A DNA stretch of 52,808 bases, the filler included, from Catajapyx aquilonaris (Eukaryota): NCBI GenBank assembly GCA_000934665.2. It is 2 parts of 2 records of this genome, joined end to end, with 100 filler letters (N's around TTAATTAATTAA, not from the genome) between each part and the next. Parts side by side here need not be neighbours in the genome. Positions count along the whole stretch, not along the records: positions 26,456 to 52,808 come from JYFJ02005222.1; 1 more part is not named here. One strand, 5' to 3'. The first letter of the stretch is position 1, and every line of letters starts with the position of its first letter. Positions 41,462 through 52,808 of the stretch are shown here, piece after piece. The notes under the pieces are model-generated. The model did no database searches and was not told where the DNA came from. It was given only the letters and a program-made list of their open reading frames with translations. Position numbers and translations under genes: made by a program.

Positions 41462-44400
41462 ATGGCAGAAACATTTATGTGGTCGTTCTTCTTTTTTGCA
41501 TTCATAGGGTTTGTATGCAGTGCTGATGATCCCGTAGTACAAACCAAGTATGGGTCAGTTCGTGGTTTTCTGCAAAACTCAACACTAGGAAAGCCGATCT
41601 ATTCCTTCATGTCCATTCCATTCGCTCAACCACCTGTGGGAAACCTCCGTTTCAAGGTAAGTCGGATTAGTATAAGGAAAAGCAAGTGCCATTTTTTTAC
41701 GATATTTAAAATATTAATTATTCATACACTTCTACAGTATTAACTAATGATAATATATCCAAATCTAATTTTGCAATTTGGACCGTTGAAAATGTTTTTA
41801 AATTTGTATAAACATTTCAAATTATTTCAGCCTCCCCAACCAATTACATCATGGTCAAAGGAAGTAGATGGCAAGGCGCAACCTCCATTTTGCATCCAGT
41901 ACGACATATTTACCAATGGAGAAGTGATTGGAGATGAGGACTGCCTATATTTGAATGTCTATGCAAGCCAGGTAGGATTTTTATGTCGATAAATAATGCA
42001 GGTTGAGACTCCTTTATCCTAAATTCCAAATTCAGAAAACCTCCAATATCAGAAAGTTCGCTGAAATGATGCTCCATACATCAAAAATTTCGTATGATTA
42101 GAACTTGACTAGCATTACTATCTGTGTCTTTATTGGTAGAGATTTAAAATTTATGTAAAACTACCTCCAGGGCTAATGTATCACCTCTAATATATTTATG
42201 GACGTCGTGTTCAGCACCTGTCCCATCTTCTTGTTGTCCCATTTATAGTTTTATAGATGTAAATATGTAACAATATAACAAAATCCGAAAAAACCGAAAT
42301 GCGAATATAACCCTCGCCAATAGCACTCATAATAGCTTCCTGGCGGAATTTAATTAGGACACGAACTTCAACTGATTCCACACAACGAAGTTCTATTTGC
42401 TTGGATGTGGTTCAATTTGTGGTTCAAAAATTAAACATTTGATTTCGTCATCTGACGTTACTATTGTAGGGGATGCGAAATTTAATGAAACTTTTCCTAT
42501 AGGGGTGCGGAGCACATAAAAGGTAAAGAACCCCTGCTTTAGAGTATATATAGAGTATAGACAGAGAGAATATTAAATATAATGCTTGTTTGTCAAGATA
42601 TACGTTATTCAGCAATAGTGTATGAGGATGCACAGTATAGAGTCCCACAGGTTGGGAACCACTGGTGCGTGGCAGTGATTATTTTTATAAATCAAAAATA
42701 ACTAAAATAAATAAATAAATAAATAAAATAAATTTTATAGTGAATTTCTTGCTGATGGGTGTGACATTTATTATTCCGGATCCAGAACAAAAAATTATGC
42801 ATATAGAATCTAACCTGACGTGACACATTGAAGAAAGCTACTAAAACTACCTTACTGCCTCACACCCACTCACACTATAACTTCCGGGAGCGACAAATGC
42901 ACTGCTCATTACTCCCACTAGTTTCCCATTCTATAATTATACAGTATACAGTACAGCTACGACTTCTCAATAGGAAAACCTTGACAGTGCAACCACATCA
43001 GGTTGACAATAAATTATTGTACACTCTGATGAAGGTCAATGCAGATATTGATGTTATTAATAGTGCATTGTATTAATTACGTGTATGTTCCATTATATTA
43101 TATCAATTACTGTACCTTTCAAAGGCAATTTCAGCCTGGTCTGCGGTAGTAGCCAGAAAAAAATCAAATTGTTACAATAATGTTGTGGCAGTCGGTACTG
43201 TAGAATGCATTTTTTAATGCAAGAACATTTGGCCTTCCGAATCAAATTGATGATTTGCAACATTCACAGTTCATGCATAATTATTTTATTCAACACATTA
43301 AAAGGTAGCTATGTCAAATTCATACTCCAAGTTGAAATAACATGTGCCAGGCACTATGTATGTTGTGTCCACTATCTACCTTTATCGGAACAATTTTTGG
43401 AAAAGTGAGCCTAAAATAATACTTGTCGGCCTTCAGACACAATATTTATTGCACCATAAAACGAGACACTTCCTGGAAGAACACGCAGGAATTATGCAAT
43501 AAAGAGTGATAATGTAAGATCTCACGAATGTTACGTACCAACGAGGAAGATATACATCTAATTCGATCTAATCTATACGCTTTGTGTTTGTAGTGCACTT
43601 AATCCGTTTATGTCATTCAACAAGGACTTTTTCTACCCCAATCAGCAGAAGTGAGAGTTGAACAACTGGTGAGAAAATAATCGTTTTCTTTAAAAAATTC
43701 AGTACCGTACATTGCAAAAAAAATCGGAAATTCCGAAATAGGTCACTTTACGGCCACAACATGCCACGGAATACGGGTCAACATAAGAGAATGTTTCAAT
43801 GTTCACTGCGTGAAATATCGAAAAGTGTTTTTAAAACAGTATACGTATAATAATATGAGGTATAATGCACGGTATTGTTTTGTACTTGTAATTCTTCAGC
43901 GTTCAACAGAAAGAATTAAAATGTTTAATCATTTAGCCCACTCGCCAATTGTACAGTTTTGCAATGTTATTAATTCGTCTCTTTTTCCTAATCTCTACTT
44001 TTCAAAAGTGTTTCTGTGTTAACGTTTGGTTATCTAGGTCTGATGTGTCACAAAATACTGTATAATATGGCTTCAAAGACTATTATTATATCTCCGTACA
44101 TTTATGATGATACCTAATTACAGATACCGGAAAACAACGTGAACCCCAAACTCCCAGTATTAATATTCATTCACGGTGGAGGGTTCACTTGTGGATCAGG
44201 ATCTCCACTTCTTTACTCTCCAAAGCTCCTTCTCAATGAGAATATTGTTTTGGTTACCATGAACTACCGCCTCGGAGCTATGGGTGAGTCACTTATCTTA
44301 TTAAATTTCTCACTTTCTCTAAGTAGATAGCTGCTTAATTTTGTTTATTGCCGTTAATGAGTTAAATAAAACCCGCAAAATTAATACTGATGCATATATT

Positions 44401-45827
44401 CAAATCAGGATTTCTGAGCAATGGTGACGAATTAATGCAAGGCAATATGGGCCTCAAGGATCAAAGCATGGCTCTTCGATGGGTTAAAGAAAATATTGAG
44501 GCATTTGGAGGAGACTCTAACCGGATAACACTCTCAGGGCAAAGTGCTGGTAGTGGTAGTACCCATTATCACATGCTATCACCAATGTCCCGAGGTACTG
44601 TACAGTATTATACACTTTCCTAATGAACTCTGGTGGAGCAATATTAAGCTTTTTATTTTTTTAAAGGAATGTTCAATCAAGCAATAACTCAAAGCGGATC
44701 ATCCCTTGCATATTGGGCTTACTTGGAACCGGAAGAACTTACATCTCGGACCAAGCAGTTTGCAGAGGTTCTGAACTGTCCCAGTGACAACGCGGAAAAC
44801 ATGCTGAAATGTTTGCAAAATGTTGACGCCAAAACCCTGACTGGAACCCTCGCCAAATTTTATGTAACTATTGCGGGAGAGGAGATATGCTAGCATTTTA
44901 CTACAATGCCATGTTTCCACAGAAATGGCACGTCTTCCCCATCTTGTATTTCACTCCTACGAAGGAAATTGCTGGCAATGACAGGTTCATGGACAAGAGT
45001 CCGATAGAAGCCCTCGCTAAGAAAGAAATGGCCGACGTGCCTTGGATGGCTGGAATAACCGACGCTGAAGGAGAATTTGTGTTAGGAGGTAAGTGCCTTC
45101 CTTCTTTGATGTCATTTAAAAAAACACACAAAAAAACAACAACAACAACTGCATGGACTTTATCATTGCAGGTATCTGGAAGAACAAACTGTTGAAGGAT
45201 CTGAACGACAACTATCTTAAGATATTCCCCATGTTGTTTGGATACAATTACATTAAGAACCCTGATAAATATTCGACTGATATTCGGAAATTTTACTTTG
45301 GAGACAGAGAAATATCTGATGACACGATCACAGAATTGCTTTCGGTAAGGAGTCTAAAATTAGTAACAAATATTCAATGCACTGATCATGCAATGTAAGG
45401 ATCAAAATAGAAGAGTTAGTCTATTAGCAAAATCAAATTTCTCCCTAAAAGAGTATACCAGTAATTATTATGGTCTCGAATTTTTTAGGATCGTATTATG
45501 GGCTCATCCGGCAATGTCATATGTCGTGGTAAGAGCGAAATGAAAGTAATTCTACACTTTGTTGAAATGTTTTAGTGCATATTGAAGGTGATGCTTTTTG
45601 TAATATAGTGGCTAAATAATAATTCACGTGATATAGAGTATTGTCCGTTTAGGAAGACATTTTACCGAAATCTAAATTAAAATAATTAAAATATTAAACA
45701 AGCAGCTCAGTGATTATTAGGTTACTCGTGTGTCTAAGCGAATATGATGAATTCTGGGCTGGAATTTCCATTTCGTAGGGATACGAAAACATGTTCTGCC
45801 CAGGTTTTGCTTCGATTCTGACCACTA

Positions 45828-45906
<79 letters not shown>

Positions 45907-47290
45907 CTTGGGTAAGTGCTTTCACCCCCGGTGGAGGTATATCACACGGAACCTTTATTGTACTATTATACATTGGAACCTACTAATTGAAACGCCCGGG
46001 CCCACGGGCAGGATGACAGGAGGGGATGTGCAAGGTGCAGTGCATCTGACGCTATGGCCATTTTAGTGAACTCCCCCGGGTGGTTTAGTCTGTGGAAATA
46101 CCACCCGAGACGAAGCCAGAGGTGACCCTGAACTCTGCACGAGATGAAGGGGGTGTCCCCGGGTTGGGATCGAACCCGGGACCTTAACATCCGTGGGCGC
46201 ATACGTCACCGCAGCACCACTCCGCCTCCCCCGATTCTGACCACTATGTGACATTAGGCCTCAGCAGTGACTGTGTCAGATTCTCAGATGCACAGATGTG
46301 TGCACAAATCGGTACTGTGACAGAATTGCATGATAAGAATATTACTACTGCTTTATTCGGCACTCTTTCTGAGGAACTAGAACTACGGTACAGTAATTAC
46401 TTTCAAATAAAGTTAATGACGTAATATTTGCCGCTTAGCAGATTACGTCTCATTGAGCATGATCGAATAATAGCCTACATATCTGTAAGATGACTGAATT
46501 ATAACAGTATCATAGTCATATTTAAATGAAAGTTTGTTGCATCTATAGACAAAAACTATTTTTCTGTGTGTATGTTTCATTTTCATCAGCACCATCATCC
46601 TAGGTTTTTGACTAGAGACCACATTGATCTACTGACATTAAGGGATAATTATTTTAATTACAGGCTCTATCTGACACCCTCATGAATTACTGCACGTTTG
46701 AAGCGGTTCGTCAGCAGATGGCTGCAAATTTTAAGTCTCCGATTTACTTTTACGACATGACATTCCTTGGAGAATTTAGCTTTCCACAAGCTGAGATCCT
46801 TCTCGGCGGAGGTTCCAATTATAAACCTCACGGTACGAGTAATATATATTACCATTATCGTGTACATGATTAATGACCTCATATGAAAATTGAGTAATAT
46901 GTTTCCATTTAGGCACATCCCATGGAGACGATTTATTTTACCTGTACGAATCGCCACCAGCACCGAAAGCTAAACCTGGCAGTCCGGAGGAAAAGATGGG
47001 AACTTTGATGACCGCTTGGTGGACTAACTTCGTTTCCACTGGGTATCGTACAAATACTCAAGATCAACTAAACCTAATGTACTTCCTTGTTATGTGAATT
47101 GCTAATTCTTATTTATAGAAATCCAACGCCTGCTGGTGGTAAAGAGTCGGCTGTGATATGGGAACCTATGAACCAAAAGGAATTCAACCACTTCAATATG
47201 TCACTGACACCTTATATGAAGACAGACTTTTATTTTGAGCGCATTGACTTTTGGCGCAAGATGTATGAAGATATGAAGTTGAATAACTAG
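41462..47290 (+). CDS. Secreted type-B carboxylesterase (JHE/beta-esterase-like), complete, 10 exons, 562 aa
   Basis: Exons 41462-41656, 41831-41971, 44124-44283, 44409-44594, 44667-44863, 44923-45088, 45172-45344, 46664-46832, 46913-47042, 47119-47290 (1689 nt, all GT-AG, phases consistent). Signal peptide; [22 protein letters not shown]; oxyanion [18 protein letters not shown]; catalytic GQSAG, E in GITDAEG, H in GTSHGDD; WTNF. Confidence 0.96.
45828..46231 (-). mobile_element. tRNA-derived SINE copy 2, in esterase intron 7
   Basis: B-box GGTTCGATCC; plus-strand (TAA)n tail; 15-bp TSD CGATTCTGACCACTA at 45813-45827 and 46232-46246. Confidence 0.9.
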
Positions 47291-47366
47291 GCTTTTTTTC
47301 AGTCTCTCCTAATATATGGACGAGGAAAATTTACCTTTGTCATATAAAATACTGTATAAGGATGAC

Positions 47367-47372
47367 AATAAA
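47367..47372 (+). promoter_or_regulatory. Candidate polyadenylation signal of the esterase gene
   Basis: AATAAA 77 nt downstream of the TAG stop. Confidence 0.5.
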
Positions 47373-49810
47373 GAAATGCATCAAATTATTCTATGTTAAA
47401 ATGTAGGTGTTAAAAACCTAGGAATACAAAATAATTGTAGACTATACAGTATAGTATTATAGACCATCATGAAATGCCCTGCGCCATTTTGAAAAATTAG
47501 CATTGCTATTTTCTAATAGAGAATTGCTGTCTAATTTATTTTATTCCCAAATAGAACACGTCACAAGCCTCCTTCTCCTCCACTCGTCCACCCCTCCACG
47601 GACTGTACGTGTTATCAACCTAACATCACGCATGTGGTCACCACTGTCACCATTAATGCAATATACTGCATAGTCAACGCTTTATTCCTTCCCGTCCTTG
47701 ACAAGAAGGGAATACGGCAATACGCAGAGTGTCGATTAACACTCACATTATAATTTATATCGCAAATGCATATGATATAATTTATTATAACATTGTTTGT
47801 GATACTACGTGTGTGAAGTTAGGTTGGTAACAAGAACAGTCCTTGGAGAGGTGGACGGATGGAGGAGAAGGGGCTTGGTGACATGTATTGGGAGTAAAAT
47901 AAATTAGACAGTAGACATTTTGTATGAGTTTTAAATGATAACCCTTAGGCTTATACGAAAACGTTAATTTAGACATCCCTGCCCTTGTCCCTGCCAGCCC
48001 GCGTCAAATGGAAGGCAGTGGGTTGCTTCAGGACTTACAAACCACAGCCAATCAAAGCACTGATGACGTCACAAAGAAACAGTTTTATCATACGACGTCA
48101 TGTAAATTGGAGTCAAAATTTCATATCGAGTAAATTGCCTCATACAGAATGAAATTAAGGTAAACCTACCAATTTATGTGTACTATCTTAAGGGGGAAAA
48201 ATACGGATTTTGGGTTCTGCACGTAACACCCAAAAGAAAAAAAATGAATGTTACAGACATGTCTGGATAGTCCATTTCGTGCTCTACCTGAATCTGTGCT
48301 TTAATTTCCTTAGTCTATACTGATTACCGCTCAAAGTGAATTTTGCTATCATGCTGCATCACGACCCTTTTGTGACACCCTCAACCCAATTTGTGACACC
48401 TGTTTTTGTCCATTTTATGACACCCATTTTTCTTTCTGAATTTTTTAAATCATCGTAAACGACTGAAAATTATATTCATCGAATGTTCCTTTTAGATCCT
48501 TTTCATAATCATAAAACTATTACAATACGATTGTAATTGTAACAATTCGAATGTAAATAAACACTATTTCTGAGGGTGTCATCAAATGGCAAATGACAGA
48601 TTTCAGTACCCAATTTCTGACACCCACACTAACTCTTCAAATGCATCGGTACGATTAGAACAAACATTCACAAGAGGAAAAGGACATCTTCAATTACTAA
48701 TTGTAACCTTCAAACTGTTTCCCCATTTTAAAATAAACGTGTAAAAAATTTCGAAAGGAAACTCTGCTCTTAACGGAATTGGCACTTTTCACCCCATGTT
48801 ACACTGTGGTTGTGCAGCACTTGGCAGTCTAATTTATTTCTTGAGAACCAACTCACCACTTACCTTCACCTCACGTCCTCACTACAGGTTGTAAAGTAAA
48901 GATAGGAAGTGCTTCCAAGGTGGTTAATTACTATGCTACATGTTTTGAATTCTTGTTATTTAACTTATTCCATAGGCTGTCATAAATTGGGCGAGAAAAA
49001 CGGGGGGGGNNNGTAGTACTGGTTGCCGGGGCCAGGAGTTCGCACGCGCAGACTGTTGCTCAACCGCCTGACTCCGGCAACCAGCGATGCAGGCATGCAG
49101 GGAGTGTCACGTTGTGAAATGGAAGAGGGGTTAAAGTGCTGGGGCATCATGGACCCAACCCGTTCATCTGATGGCTGGTAGTCCACTTCCCTCTGGCTGG
49201 CCGCTCGCTCCCCTTTTGTACTGAACAGCCGAGTGCATGACGGAAGAGGTAAAGCCCGGTATCGACGTGCGACTTTCTCGTATGCGAGTCCTCTTACGCG
49301 AGAAATCTTGTATGTCGAGATGGACTCTTTGTCGCCTCGAAAAGGGGATTAAAGTTGAAAATTTTCAACTTTTCCTCGTTCCTCGAATCCGGGCATGCGC
49401 AGTTGGCTCCTCGTATGCGAGGTGCTCGATTGGAATTATGGTGGTAGTGAAGCAAGGTAGGAGTAGGGAGGCGTAACTCGGGGAAAAATGGCAGGATGCA
49501 CGGAGGGTTGCGGACTCCCAGGATATGTGACGAAGTAATCGTCACAAACCACAATCTCAGTTCGTAGCTGCACTGCTCGCAGGGTAAGTGATAAAAGGAA
49601 AGGCACTCGTAGCACAATAGTCCAATAATTGAGTCGAGTTCACAAGGTCCCTTACTCTGACTCTCCGGAAATGTGACACAGAACAGTCTTGAGACGTATC
49701 AGCACAACTCGTGGCCTTCTGGTTAGGAGGAGAGGCGCTCGTAGCCGTAGTATAGAGCTGATCGGCGCAGTATAGTATCGGCGCAGTAGTATAGAGCTGA
49801 TCGGCGCAGA

Positions 49811-51427
49811 TACGAGGTAGGCGCCCTGGCTATGTTCCAGGGATGATGGAAATAAAACGACAGTGTCATTTTTCAATATAGTATCCTTGAACATCGATGC
49901 ACTTCTAATATTTCATAATTATCATTTCAATACCCCTCGAAAAATAGACCAAAGTTTTGTGTACAAATGCTCATACATTGCCTCTTGCAACTATTCGTCA
50001 CTTTTTAATCGTACCGTAAAGTTATTTTTTGAGTTTGGATAACAGGTAATAGTCACTAGGGGCCAGTAGGGTGGGTGATCAAGCTCCTCGAAGCCGCAGT
50101 TCCTCACAGTAGTATTGGAAACATTGTCCTATAACCTGGTGCATTATCCAGTCAGTTGGTGAACACCCCTACTCATCAGTTTCCAACATCTCTTATTCTT
50201 CATGGGATCACGAAACGGCGAAACCTATGCAGCAGGCCAGAGTAGAACTCCCGTACACAATCGTGTTTTAATCATTGAAGTCTATCAGTAAGATTCCTTT
50301 AGTTTTTTTTTCATTACCCCACGGGGGGAGTTATACTACTCCTTAGGGGGGGGGGGATTACCACCTTTGGAATTGTTTTTGGAGCGAGTTTAAGAAGAAT
50401 CTTAATTAGTATGCTCCAAGGGTGGGTGGGAGGGGATGTGCAAAGTGCAAGTGCAATGTCTCTAATCGTCATTTTGTGAACTCCCCCGGGTGGCTTAGTC
50501 TGTCGGAAATTGCCACCCGAAATGCAGCCAGAGATGGCCCAACTCTGCACGGATAAAGGTGGGAACCCCGGGTGGGGAGTGAACCCGGGACCTTAATATC
50601 CGTGGGCGCGCGCGTTACCGCGGCGCCACTTCATCTCCCCTAGATTCCTTTAGTATTATAAAAAAAACCGTCAGCATGGTCATTTTGGTCGACCGGGTCA
50701 CTCGGCCACTTTACGTACGCCCTACTCCATTCCATGAATTCTCTTTTTGATGGAGGATCCTAGCATAGGACCGTAGTAGGAATTGTATCATCTCCTGTGA
50801 CTATGGACTCCAATACTTCTTCTGTTTGCCACGGCGAAGGTCCGAAAACGTTTCGAAATAGGCTACGCATTTTTGTTTTTGAATTTCGGACAGAAATCTT
50901 ACGCGGACCTTTTTCATGCGAAGGTGTTGATAAAGAATGCGAGGATCGGTGGTGTCTGATAGCCACAACCTTGCTAAGCGTTCTTTCACCTTCCAAGGCT
51001 GCTTTCAGCACCCACTGCTCCACAGGAGAGACGGTCAGCAGATCCAAGGGTCAACCGTCGAATGGCTAGTGGTCGATGCTGTCTTAACCCAAAGGAATCT
51101 GCTTAGCCCATTCCTTCATGGTGCATTGGTTGAATATGAAGGGGATGGTTCACCAAACAGATCACCCAAGTCCTGTTTAATAGACAAGGTAACTTAATAT
51201 AAGGCCTTCCTTGGTGAGGAACTTGATCACTCTCGATACCTACTCGATTTTCATCATGTTGCAACTCATCTGACGAAAGTTGACTTTTCAGAGAGACTGA
51301 CTGACGTTTCCAGGTCAAACTGATATTATATTCCTACGCTCATAGTTGGGACTACCTGACACTATAGTTGTTTTATTTCTATAACACCTAGAACATAGTC
51401 AGGCAAGATATTGGCTCCTACCTCGTA
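49811..51427 (-). mobile_element. Near full-length decayed mariner, interrupted by SINE copy 3
   Basis: TIRs TACGAGGTAGG.GCC...GACTATGTTC...GAAATAAAAC. Transposase remnants in correct order: ILYQHLRMKKV, IVTGDD, DNAP, LDHPPY, PSDYYLLSKLK, KCIDVQGYYIEK*; many stops and frameshifts. Confidence 0.87.
50304..50641 (-). mobile_element. tRNA-derived SINE copy 3 (short A tail)
   Basis: Shared head and core; 13-bp TSD AGATTCCTTTAGT at 50291-50303 and 50642-50654. Confidence 0.88.
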
Positions 51428-51543
51428 TACGGCCTGTTTACGCCCTCACGATTTTAGCATCGGTACGATGACTACGATCACACTTTCTGGTAATCTTTGC
51501 GCAGTTGGGTCAGCGGTTGTGAGAGCCCTATTACCAAGCGATT

Positions 51544-52808
<1,265 letters not shown>

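Noticed and set aside
46160..46231. tRNA-like sequence with A and B boxes (four places)
   Set aside because: These are SINE heads: each is fused to the same core, has a tail and a TSD, and lacks a convincing full cloverleaf.

Overview
Eukaryotic, most likely arthropod (hexapod-like), genomic DNA. It is not one locus: an artificial 100-nt spacer (44 N + TTAATTAATTAA + 44 N, 26356-26455) joins two pieces of 26,355 and 26,353 bp. Both halves share a SINE family and a MITE family, so they probably come from the same genome. The left piece holds 14 phase-consistent internal exons of a BLTP3/UHRF1BP1-like lipid-transfer protein gene, with both ends missing. Its introns are packed with nested mariner, pogo/Tigger, piggyBac-like, Harbinger-like and foldback elements. 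The right piece holds (i) a minus-strand exon encoding a signal peptide plus a divergent TGF-beta-prodomain-like region whose downstream exons I cannot find, (ii) a complete 10-exon, 562-aa secreted carboxylesterase with juvenile-hormone-esterase-type motifs, and (iii) a decayed mariner, SINEs and a ~245-bp tandem repeat. I found no CRISPR array, rRNA or true tRNA. The best leads are the orphan TGF-beta-prodomain-like gene and a tRNA-derived SINE family whose copies share head and core but carry different 3' ends and tails. All family assignments are from motif recognition, not database searches.
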